Assembly: GCA_965206595.1 (NCBI GenBank)
Contig: OZ242214.1
Location: forward strand, 2,784,001 to 2,848,000
Source of the DNA: Candidatus Latescibacterota bacterium
GTDB lineage: Bacteria; Latescibacterota; UBA2968; UBA8231
Length of the DNA stretch: 64,000 bases
Direction of reading: 5' to 3'
The first letter of the stretch is position 1. Each line of letters begins with the position of its first letter. This document shows positions 49,086 to 57,493 of this stretch, one piece after another. A model generated the notes under the pieces. That model did not search any database, was not told where the DNA came from, and was given only the letters and a program-made list of their open reading frames with translations. Made by a program: the position numbers and the translations under genes.

Positions 49086-50924
49086 TTAGCGCCCTCTGCC
49101 GCTGCGCAACGGGTTGTCTTTCGAGAACGGTGTTTTTCCGGTGTTGCGGACCCGCAGCCAGGACAGGTAGGGGGAGCCCCCTTCCCCGGCGCTGGCGAAG
49201 TCGCACAGGCGCACCTTGCCTCCCCCGGCCCCCTCCATGTCGACGGCGACGACCGGGTCCGAGCCATCGATTTCGGCCAGTTCCGGATCGGCCTCTTCCG
49301 CATCGAGCTCGGGCAGCTCGGCCGGGTCGAGGCTGTTTAGGCGGCGGTCCCAGGTCAGAAGGACCGGGCCCCGGTACAGGGAGGTCTTGCCCCGGCACTG
49401 TTTCTCGCCGCGCCAGAAATGAAGGGAGAAGTCGAGGTCGAGTTCTACCCGGTCCCCCCGCCGCCAGGTGCGGCGGACCTCGGCGTAGGAGCCGGCTTCG
49501 GCGGCAACCGGCTCGCCGTTGACGCGCAGGGAGGTCTGCCTCGACCAGTGGGGGATGCGCAGCTTGAGGGCGAACTCGGCCTTCCTGGCCGGACTGACCC
49601 GCAGCCGTACCGAGCCCAGGCGCGGATACTCCGTCTCCTGTTTCAGCTCGACCGAGGTGCCGCCGGCCCGCACCGTCATCGACCCGGGGCCGTACCAGTT
49701 GAGGATCAGCCCTGTTCGCTCCCTCATCAGCGCCCAGTCGCCGATCATGCCCAGCGCCCGCGGGCCGTTGACGCTGCAGCAGTTGAGCTCCGGGCTGCCG
49801 GCGCGCGCCTGGAAGACGATGTCGTGGGCGCTGGCGTTGCGCACCCCGTCCATCGGGGTGTTGTAGGTCACCCAGCGGCCGGAGCGGGAGTGCAGGCCGA
49901 AGCCGGAGTTCAGCGTCGCCAGCTCGATCTCGTCGGCGACGACGGAGCTGCCGGTCAGGCGCAGCATCTCGACGCTCATCGCCACCCAGGCGACGGTGCA
50001 GCAGGTCTCGATGGCGGCCCGGTGGTAGGGGTTGCCCTGCGCCTTCTCCCCCGAGGTGAAGCCGCCGTTGTTGTGGCGGTCGAGCTTGACGATGCTCCAC
50101 CAGATGTGCTCGAAGGCGGTGCGGTAATCCTCCTCACCGGTGAGCCAGTAGAGCTCGGCCATCCCCATGATCGGGTGCAGGCTCTCCCAGCGCGGCTTCG
50201 GGGTGGCGTAGAACTCCTCGCCGGCCAGGGCGGTGCGCAGGTAGTCTCCGGCGGGGCCGTCCGGCCCGCGGGCGCCGAACTCCCCGGCGATCTGCAGGGC
50301 CATGTCGAGATAGCGCTGCTCCGCGACCTTGCGGTAGAGGAGGCAGAGGGAGTGGATGACGGCGAGGTTCATCTCGCTGCTGCCGGTGTCGACGAGGCGC
50401 CTGCCGCGCCCTTTGCGGCCGAGGAACTTCTTGCAGACCAGGTCGCCGATGTCCCGGGCGCACTCGAGGGCCTGGCCGCTGCCGCTCTCCTCGTGCCAGA
50501 GCAGCAGCCCGAGCATGGCGTGGTAGTGCCCCCAGGCGTCCCACGTCCTCATGCCGCGGCGGTTCGGGGCCTTTCCGGTCAGACGACAGGCGCGCGGCCA
50601 GGGGCCGAGGTACCCGTCCTCCGCCTGCAGCGAAGCGAGCTCGGAGGCGAAGCGCCCGAGATGGCGGCGCAGGTCACTCTCCCCGGTGAGCCGCAGGATC
50701 TGCACCGAGCTGGTCAGGTATTTTCCCGCGAACTCCCCGGCCCAGGGGACCATGTCGCGCAGCGGGTAACGGTCGCGGTCGCGGAACATGTCGAGCATCG
50801 CCGGGTTGGCGGCGGGCGCCGGCTTCACCCACTGCTCGGTGACGTTGGCGAGGTACTCGGCGGTGAATCCCTCGAGGCGGCAGGCGGCCCGGGCGGGGCG
50901 GGTGCAGGCGGGTGTGACGGACAT
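49086..50924 (-). CDS. GH127 family (beta-L-arabinofuranosidase-like) protein
   Basis: GEFAGKY, ETCCTVAW, CCSVNG, QETEYP, LRIPHW, YRGPVLL. Confidence 0.88.
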   Translation of the reverse strand: MSVTPACTRPARAACRLEGFTAEYLANVTEQWVKPAPAANPAMLDMFRDRDRYPLRDMVPWAGEFAGKYLTSSVQILRLTGESDLRRHLGRFASELASLQAEDGYLGPWPRACRLTGKAPNRRGMRTWDAWGHYHAMLGLLLWHEESGSGQALECARDIGDLVCKKFLGRKGRGRRLVDTGSSEMNLAVIHSLCLLYRKVAEQRYLDMALQIAGEFGARGPDGPAGDYLRTALAGEEFYATPKPRWESLHPIMGMAELYWLTGEEDYRTAFEHIWWSIVKLDRHNNGGFTSGEKAQGNPYHRAAIETCCTVAWVAMSVEMLRLTGSSVVADEIELATLNSGFGLHSRSGRWVTYNTPMDGVRNASAHDIVFQARAGSPELNCCSVNGPRALGMIGDWALMRERTGLILNWYGPGSMTVRAGGTSVELKQETEYPRLGSVRLRVSPARKAEFALKLRIPHWSRQTSLRVNGEPVAAEAGSYAEVRRTWRRGDRVELDLDFSLHFWRGEKQCRGKTSLYRGPVLLTWDRRLNSLDPAELPELDAEEADPELAEIDGSDPVVAVDMEGAGGGKVRLCDFASAGEGGSPYLSWLRVRNTGKTPFSKDNPLRSGRGR

Positions 50925-51204
50925 GCGGTATTCCTGTGGTTGGTGGGGCTGATGCGGCGAAACCGCTGCCGGCCGTGAAAGTCGCACCGGTGGCGTCGCG
51001 GAAGCAACCGAGGCGGGAGCGAGACGCCCGAGCGAGGTGCAAGCAGAAAAAGATAAGGCGGCCCGGGGCACAGGAGAGCAGGAGGGCAGCCGCACCCCGG
51101 AGGGAGGAAGCCGGGGTGCCAAGCTGTGAAGCAACTACCCGGCGGGAGGTACTTTGGCGGGAAGGGAACCTCCGGACTGGTCAGCTCGCTGCCCGGTAGC
51201 GCGG

Positions 51205-51627
51205 TCAGCCCGTTTCTTCGATACCGTCCTGAAAGTCGATCTCCGGGCTCAAATACCGCTTGCCCGCGGCAATGCTTTGGATCGCCGGAACCAGGTCACG
51301 AACTATCGAATCCTTGACCACGTACCCCGAAGCCCCCGCATCGAGCATCCCCCGGACGTAGACGCTTTCGCTGTAAAGGGACAGGGCCACCACCCGCACC
51401 CCGGGAAGTTCGGCGCGGATCTGCCGGGTGGCGGCAACCCCGCCGCCCCCCGGCATGCTGATGTCCATGACGACGACGACGGGTTGCAGCAGGCGCGCCT
51501 GTTCCAGAGCGGATTCCCCGTCGACCGCCTCCCCCACAACCTCCATGCCGTCCTGCCCGGCAAGGAACTTCCTCACCTCTCCTCGCAGCATTTCATGGTC
51601 GTCTGCCAGTACTACTCTGATGGTCAT
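51205..51627 (-). CDS. NarL-type response regulator receiver domain lacking the HTH
   Basis: LADDH, MDISMP, GASGYVVK, YLSP, then stop at 140 aa; paralog of 55704-56333. Confidence 0.8.
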   Translation of the reverse strand: MTIRVVLADDHEMLRGEVRKFLAGQDGMEVVGEAVDGESALEQARLLQPVVVVMDISMPGGGGVAATRQIRAELPGVRVVALSLYSESVYVRGMLDAGASGYVVKDSIVRDLVPAIQSIAAGKRYLSPEIDFQDGIEETG

Positions 51628-51768
51628 GATTCGGTCACTCCTTCGCCGCGTTGCGCGGGGTGCGCGCGTCGCGGTTCTCCTTTCTACCGCCCTGCCTCAT
51701 TCTGCGAAACCATGCCATCTTTCGTTTCTCCTGGATTTAAAGATCGCACCGGAAACGCGGCTCCGGGT

Positions 51769-51840
51769 ATCACCTGATCAGGTGATTTTTTTTTTCTGGT
51801 CCCCTGATCAGGTGACATCCCTGTCACCCGATCGGTTGAC
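51769..51840. promoter_or_regulatory. Three 18-bp palindromic NarL/LuxR-type boxes (copy A)
   Basis: ATCACCTGATCAGGTGAT 51769-51786, GTCCCCTGATCAGGTGAC 51799-51816, GTCACCCGATCGGTTGAC 51823-51840. Confidence 0.75.
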
Positions 51841-51904
51841 GTTTCCGAAAAACGGGGGATTGGCCGGAAAAAGTCCGGCGCCGTGGGCTCCGCCCCCAGG
51901 AAAC

Positions 51905-52195
51905 CGACTCGACCGCGCTCTTTCCTTGATACGACCCCACGAAGCCGACTCCACTGCAGTTTCCAGTCCACCAACAGGGACAAGCAACCCATCGGCAAAC
52001 TGGACCGGCCCATACTCGGAATCGTGGTCTATATGGCCCGGGTAAAAGAAAGATTGCGTCATAACCCCGTTCCTGAGAGTCCTCATCAAACACCGCTACC
52101 ATCAACCCTACAATACCATTCGGCCGCAGTTCCGAGATCATGGTCTTGTCCCTGCTGTCGGGAAGGTGATCGGATTGGAGATCGACGGTGATCAC
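51905..52195 (-). pseudogene. C-terminal remnant of a SWGRIK-family protein, frameshifted
   Basis: ISELRPNGIVGLMVAVFDED / FADGLLVP..TAVESASWGRIK aligns with the end of 53857-54810. Confidence 0.7.
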
Positions 52196-52261
52196 TCGTG
52201 GGCGAACGCGTGGTGCTGACGTAGTGCGACAGAGAAGTAATTCCCGTGCCGTCGGTGCGGC

Positions 52262-52456
52262 AAAGCGACCCGGATACGCCGGGGCGTATTTGACGGTTTT
52301 GAACTGGCTCTCCGAATAGGGGTTATCGTCGGCCGTCCGCGGGCTGCTTTAGCTGGCCAGGATATCGAGATCGACCAGCAGTTGCGAGAAGGTCTTGGCC
52401 GTCATCGGAGCGCCCCGGTCCTGGTGCAGGGTCAGCTGCCCCGGCTCGATGGCTTG
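52262..52456 (-). mobile_element. IS3-family transposase remnant (integrase core) with in-frame stop
   Basis: Manual translation QAIEPGQLTLHQDRGAPMTAKTFSQLLVDLDILAS*SSPRTADDNPYSESQFKTVKYAPAYPGRF. Confidence 0.8.
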
Positions 52457-52633
52457 GCCGGAAAACCGGGATGTCGGCTGGCTGGCAAGTTCACAGGATT
52501 CCCCGATCTCGGGTAAACGGCACGGCTATCCAGAGACGGGAGGCACGTCTGGTGGGTAGGGACCCAAATTGACCGGAGCCAAATCTGGTTGCCCTCGTGC
52601 TACAGGACACCGTCTCCAGATCGAACCGTGGCT

Positions 52634-53506
52634 TTATCGATTCGGCCTAGAAACGAAACATAGACTGTCGCCTGTCGGAGCCCAAGCAGGCTGGCGGTCT
52701 TGGCTGCCCATGGTCAATCGGGTGACAGCTGTGCCGTCCGGCGCCATGCGGTAGATGCTGAACAGGCCGTCCCGATTGGACGCAAAAGCGATTTCTCCGT
52801 TGCGGGACCAAGCCGGTTCCCGATCTTCATCGGGGTGGTTCGTCATCCGGGTCACGACCCCGGTTTCCACTTCAAGGACGCAGATTTCAATGTTGCCGTA
52901 ACGATCCGATTCGAAAGCCAGCCGGCGACCGTCCGGGGACCACGTTGCCCGGGCATCATAGGCCGGGTGGTTGGTCAGGTTGCGGAGGTTTTTCCCCGTT
53001 TGATCGGCGAGGAACAGCTCCATGTCGCCCGTGCGGTACGTGGTGAACGCGAAGTGCTGGCCATCGGGGGACCAAGCGGGAAAGATCCCGTCCGGGACCA
53101 TTAGCTCCGGCCCGTTTGCGGCCCCCAGCAGGCCCATGCAGAAAATGTCCCATCCCCCGGCTTCCATTTCACCCCCGAAGGCAATTTCCGCCCCGCCCGG
53201 CTTGGCGGATACCCCGGCCACGCTAATGAAGGGGGAACGTATGGGAATGTTCAGGAGTAAAACCCGAGCCGTGGACACTAGATGGAAGGCGTTCACCCTG
53301 CTCGTATGGGCAACGTACAAGACGCCCCGTCCGTCCGGCATCCAGCAGGGCATGTCCGTGCTGTCCACCACCGAAACGCGCCTGGGAGAACCCCTGTCCT
53401 GGGAAAGAACGAATACGCTTCCCCCGCGGTCATGGGCTGTCGCAGGAGGGCCATCGGCTAGCAACATTACAAGCAGCAGGAAGCCGGCCAAGATCGAAGG
53501 GCTCAT
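52634..53506 (-). CDS. TolB-like PD40 beta-propeller secreted protein
   Basis: Signal peptide; PAWSPDG, WSPDGRRLAFESDR, PAWS repeats. Confidence 0.85.
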   Translation of the reverse strand: MSPSILAGFLLLVMLLADGPPATAHDRGGSVFVLSQDRGSPRRVSVVDSTDMPCWMPDGRGVLYVAHTSRVNAFHLVSTARVLLLNIPIRSPFISVAGVSAKPGGAEIAFGGEMEAGGWDIFCMGLLGAANGPELMVPDGIFPAWSPDGQHFAFTTYRTGDMELFLADQTGKNLRNLTNHPAYDARATWSPDGRRLAFESDRYGNIEICVLEVETGVVTRMTNHPDEDREPAWSRNGEIAFASNRDGLFSIYRMAPDGTAVTRLTMGSQDRQPAWAPTGDSLCFVSRPNR

Positions 53507-53509
53507 GCC

Positions 53510-53790
53510 TTACTCCTCCTGCAAGGCGGCTTATTCCACGCCCCTGGATACGGATTCCACCGCGCTGTCTTCGCCTTCGCCTGATTCTACACTCCCGTCA
53601 GGACCCAGCAAAAGGCCGTCAATATAGCGGTCCCGGGTCAGCGAAAACGTCCGGCATCCCAAGCGTCCACGGCAGTCCTGGCTTCCTCCCCTTGGGTAGC
53701 AGTCGTAAATAACCACGTGGAAACCGATTACCTTATAATCCTCGAATGCCCGACGCATCCAAGACAGGTAGGGCTGGGTGTTGGATAAAT
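53510..53790 (-). pseudogene. Degenerate C-terminal remnant of a SWGRIK-family protein
   Basis: KVIGFHVVIYD..IDGLLLGP..SAVESVSRGVE*AALQEE is a decayed version of ..SWGRIKA. Confidence 0.6.
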
Positions 53791-53856
53791 CAAAGATACG
53801 GGCCCTTACCGAAACGGTCGGCTCTTTCTTAAAGGGATGGCCAAACCCTCCCTTGG

Positions 53857-54810
53857 CTACTCCATCTCCAAGGAGGCTTTGATTCGCCCCCAAGAATTCG
53901 ACGAGATCGCAGAGACTTCCGGTTCGTCCAATTCGGGCAGCAGAATACCATCGAAAAAACGATCCGCTTTATAGCCCAATATAGTAAAGAAGGTATCCCA
54001 GTCTGTGTCAGAAGTGGCTTCGGGACTCCACTGCATCCAGGAATTATCAGGTGGGTCATAATCATGCACTGCAATCGTAAAGCCGACGATCTGACCGGCA
54101 GCCAGATCGCTGATCACGGCTCCCTCGACGCTATCCCACGCATCACCCTTCTGGTCGAATGGCGTAACATAAAGCTCGATCACGCTGATAAAGGGAGCTT
54201 CTCCTGCTACCCCACCACCGCCGTCCCCATAGGGAGGCAACGCTGTCCAGGCAAACGAATCGGTATAAAACCTGGTGCCAAAGTCATCCAAGTTCGGACC
54301 GTTGGTATGGGCAATGGCTGCATATCTCTGAGTTCGTCCAGAGAGATCCAGCCACTCCTCCTCTGAGCAACTAGAACAGCCAGCACTCCCACTATGATCG
54401 CCGTCGAATGCCAGCATGATGCTGTCATAGTTATACATATTATCCCGTGAGGATGTGGCCCAATCCACGTTGTAATCGTGTCCGTTCTTGTATACGTCAT
54501 CGCTGGCCACAAAAGCCACATATAACCGTGCTGGTTCGTCGTGCCAGGCCAGCCAGATGCGGAAGTCAAGGTCGGCAGGATCAGGTGCCGAACCTTCATT
54601 TTCTTCCGTGAAATCCAGCAGGGTCATGGTGGGTTCGCCGACCAACTCGTACCACTCGTCCACCGACCCGTCGTCGAGCCGGATCTCCTCGAGCATCTCG
54701 TCGCTGAGGTAGGCGATCGGGTACACACGATCACCCACATGGGCACCGAATGGCACTGTCAGCGGGAGAAGGAGGCCCAGAGCCAATAGAGAACGACCGA
54801 TAGGGACCAT
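53857..54810 (-). CDS. Secreted acidic protein with C-terminal SWGRIK motif (DOMON/CBM9-like fold suspected)
   Basis: Signal peptide; DGSVDEW, IWLAW..LYVA..DD, IVGF.IAV.DYD; ends ISSNSWGRIKASLEME. Confidence 0.75.
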   Translation of the reverse strand: MVPIGRSLLALGLLLPLTVPFGAHVGDRVYPIAYLSDEMLEEIRLDDGSVDEWYELVGEPTMTLLDFTEENEGSAPDPADLDFRIWLAWHDEPARLYVAFVASDDVYKNGHDYNVDWATSSRDNMYNYDSIMLAFDGDHSGSAGCSSCSEEEWLDLSGRTQRYAAIAHTNGPNLDDFGTRFYTDSFAWTALPPYGDGGGGVAGEAPFISVIELYVTPFDQKGDAWDSVEGAVISDLAAGQIVGFTIAVHDYDPPDNSWMQWSPEATSDTDWDTFFTILGYKADRFFDGILLPELDEPEVSAISSNSWGRIKASLEME

Positions 54811-54844
54811 CGTTTTATCATCACTTCCGTTTTATCATCACTTC
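54811..54844. repeat. Perfect 17-bp tandem duplication CGTTTTATCATCACTTC x2
   Basis: Read directly; abuts the ATG of 53857-54810. Confidence 0.85.
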
Positions 54845-54928
54845 AAGTCAACCAAATGGAGGACCGCTTTCATGGCCAACCTAAGCTTAGTTAGGGCAAA
54901 GGGCAACCCATAAATGCACCTTCCACCG

Positions 54929-54975
54929 GACGGACGAGCACTCCACGCAAAAATGGGCATGGAGACTCGTCCGTC
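54929..54975 (-). terminator. Stem-loop downstream of the small peptide gene
   Basis: GACGGACGAG/CTCGTCCGTC plus CTCCA/TGGAG arms; no clear U-tract. Confidence 0.45.
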
Positions 54976-55012
54976 GGGGGTAGACCTTGGTGCCTGAGGT
55001 CCCTTCAGGGTT

Positions 55013-55204
55013 TTAGTGCGAGCACTTGCAATGTCCCTCATCGCAATCGTGCCATTCTGAGCTTCCGTGTCCTGCTTGGGAACACGCATAGGCGCAAGCC
55101 CCAGACGAACTGGCGGTGGTGGTGAACGAATGTGCGCTCAACATGAACGCAGTGCCAAAGGAAACCACCGCCAAAACGGTGAGAAACACTCTGAGCTGTC
55201 GCAT
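55013..55204 (-). CDS. Small secreted cysteine-rich peptide, defensin-like (CxxxC...C...CxC)
   Basis: AAGGAG 6 nt before ATG; hydrophobic signal MRQLRVFLTVLAVVSFGTAFMLSA; core ACAYACSQAGHGSSEWHDCDEGHCKCSH. Confidence 0.7.
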   Translation of the reverse strand: MRQLRVFLTVLAVVSFGTAFMLSAHSFTTTASSSGACAYACSQAGHGSSEWHDCDEGHCKCSH

Positions 55205-55562
55205 GTCTTGCTCCTTTTTCCCCGATTTTAGTTTGCCTGAACTTGACCTGTACCGGGAAACCAAGCCATTCAGGTACGAGAGGAGAAATCAATGACATGA
55301 TCTGGATACCTCTGGGCGCCGATTTGGTTTGTCTAAGGGGCACCAAGCGCTTGCGATTTTCCAGAGAAAAGGTGATCCATACTGCCGATTGTTTGCGCCA
55401 AGTCATCCCTGCCAATCCCCAGATGCTTTCCTTGGGGGCACGGGGGCAGCAACGTCGTCCTCGCGGTTTCCTTCTCCTTTCTCCCGCCCTGGGCTCATTC
55501 CCAAACCATGCCATCTTTCGTTCGTCCTGGATTTAAGATCGCACCGAAATGGCGGCTTCGGT

Positions 55563-55603
55563 ATCACCCGATCGGGTGATTTTTTATACCCTGATCAGGG
55601 TAT
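55563..55603. promoter_or_regulatory. Two perfect 18-bp palindromic NarL/LuxR-type boxes (copy B)
   Basis: ATCACCCGATCGGGTGAT 55563-55580, ATACCCTGATCAGGGTAT 55586-55603. Confidence 0.75.
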
Positions 55604-55703
55604 TTTGCCGGAAAAAGCCGGTTTTTTGCCGAAAATTGGCCGGCTTGGAAGAGGTTTGGAGTGGGTGGAAAATCCCGGGGAGACCGGACTGTCCTGACGG
55701 GAG

Positions 55704-56333
55704 CTACAGCGAGGTAAGCCCGGTACTGACCGCGTACTTGGTCAAGGCCGCCACGTTGTGCCGGTCGAGCTTCTTCATGATGTGCTTCCGGTGCGTGTGG
55801 ACGGTGTTCACGCTGAGGTTCAGTTGCCTGGCAATTTGCCGTGTGGTCAGCCCATCGCTGATGAGCCGAACTACCTCGCGCTCCTGCTCGCTCAGCTCTG
55901 GATGTCCGGCAAGGGCCTTCACCTGGTCGTACACGGCGCCGGCCAACTCCGGGCTCAAGTAGGTGCGGCCGGCCAGGGCAGCCCTCACCGCCCGCAGCAA
56001 CTCGGACGCCGCCGCCCCTTTCACCACGTACCCCGAGGCCCCCGCCTCCAGCATGCCGGCGACGTACTGCTGGTCGGCGTGCACCGACAGGGCCACCACC
56101 TTCACCTCCGGGGCCTGGCCGAGGACCTGGCGCGTCGCCTCGATTCCGCTCAGGTCGGGCAGGGATACGTCCATGACCACGATGTCCGGCCGGCAGGCCG
56201 AGGCCAGCTCCACCGCAGTGCGCGCGTCCCCGGCTTCGCCCACCACCTCGAACTCCTCGTCCTGCGCGAACAGGGTGCGCAACCCGTCGCGCACCAGCTC
56301 GTGATCGTCCACCAGCAAGACGCGGGTCGTCAT
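55704..56333 (-). CDS. NarL/LuxR family response regulator
   Basis: Receiver VDDH..MD..K plus HTH LSEQEREVV..IARQLNLSVNTVHTHRKHIMKKL; ATGA overlap with the kinase gene. Confidence 0.95.
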   Translation of the reverse strand: MTTRVLLVDDHELVRDGLRTLFAQDEEFEVVGEAGDARTAVELASACRPDIVVMDVSLPDLSGIEATRQVLGQAPEVKVVALSVHADQQYVAGMLEAGASGYVVKGAAASELLRAVRAALAGRTYLSPELAGAVYDQVKALAGHPELSEQEREVVRLISDGLTTRQIARQLNLSVNTVHTHRKHIMKKLDRHNVAALTKYAVSTGLTSL

Positions 56334-57424
56334 CGGGAGTTCTCCTTTCGCTCCAGCGCCGAGGAAGGGACCGCCAGCACGCAGCGCGTCCCCTGCCCCG
56401 GCGCCGATTCGATGTCGAAGGAACCGCCGGCCTGACTCAGGCATTCGCCGATGCTGAACAGGCCGAAACCCAAGCGCTGCCGGGCACCATCCGGAGAGGG
56501 CTCGAAGCCCTGGCCGCGGTCGGCGACCGCCAGGCTCAGTTGCGTCTCGTCGCGGCGCAGGGAGACTACGGCCGCGTCGGTGCCGGCGTGGCGGGAGACG
56601 TTGAGCAACAGCTCGCGAAGGCAGCGGAACAACGTAGCGCGCAGACCCTCATCCGCCACCTCACAGTCCCCCTCGCTTTCCAGACGCACCCGCAACCCGT
56701 GCTCCTGTTCGAGTTTGCCGGCGAGCCACCGCAGGCCGGCCACCAGCCCGAAGTCGTGGAGCACGGGCGGACTGAGCTCGAAGATGAGGGTGCGCAGTTC
56801 TCCGTCCATCCGGTCGAGCAGACCCTGCAGGTCGTCGAGCATGGCCTGCCGCTCCTCCTCCTCCGCCTGCCGCAGCACTCCGATTTTCATCTGCGACGCG
56901 GCCAGGGTCTGGCCGACGCGGTCGTGCAGGCCGACGGCGATGCGCCGCCGCTCGCGGTCTTCGATGGCGACGAACCCGGCCGTCATGGAGCGCACCTGTT
57001 CGTAGTATTGGCGCAGTTCCTTTTCCATGCGCTTGCGCTCGCTGATGTCGCGGACGATGCCCTGGTAGCCGCTGACACTGCCGTCGGGGGCGCGCCGCAC
57101 TACGGTGGTCAACAGACAGTCGAGCCGGCGCCCGTCGCGGGTGACGAAGACGACCTCGAAGTCGCGGACGAACCCGTCGCGCTCGACCTGCTCCTGGTAG
57201 CGGGCGCGGTCTTCGGGATCGGCGTAGACGGAGCGGATGTTCATGCCGAGGAACTCGGCATGGGGCCAGGCGAACAGCTCGCTGGCCGCGTGGTTGGCGT
57301 CGAGGATGGTCCCGTCGCGGGCTATGATCGCCATGGCGTCGTGGCACTCCTCGAACAGCTCGCGGTACTCCTCCGCGTTCAGCCGCCCGCTCCCCTTGCT
57401 CTGCTGTTGCTGCTGCTCGCTCAT
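56330..57424 (-). CDS. Cytoplasmic PAS sensor histidine kinase (HisKA_3)
   Basis: PAS domain, ERRRIAVGLHDRVGQ, NVSRHA, DRGQGF, GFGL; no TM segment. Confidence 0.93.
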   Translation of the reverse strand: MSEQQQQQSKGSGRLNAEEYRELFEECHDAMAIIARDGTILDANHAASELFAWPHAEFLGMNIRSVYADPEDRARYQEQVERDGFVRDFEVVFVTRDGRRLDCLLTTVVRRAPDGSVSGYQGIVRDISERKRMEKELRQYYEQVRSMTAGFVAIEDRERRRIAVGLHDRVGQTLAASQMKIGVLRQAEEEERQAMLDDLQGLLDRMDGELRTLIFELSPPVLHDFGLVAGLRWLAGKLEQEHGLRVRLESEGDCEVADEGLRATLFRCLRELLLNVSRHAGTDAAVVSLRRDETQLSLAVADRGQGFEPSPDGARQRLGFGLFSIGECLSQAGGSFDIESAPGQGTRCVLAVPSSALERKENSR

Positions 57425-57493
57425 ACGGGTCGTGTCCCAGGTTGAGTTGTGATATCCCGGCCCCCGGAATGCCGGAAATGTTGGGAATAGCCT

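Noticed and set aside
50950-51050. GNRA-rich stems loosely resembling a c-di-GMP-I riboswitch
   Set aside because: Consensus poorly matched and the orientation does not lead into any plus-strand gene.
55038-55514. 158-aa ORF MAWFGNEP... overlapping the peptide gene
   Set aside because: No motifs; frame not conserved with the duplicated copy at 51718; overlaps a better-supported ORF.
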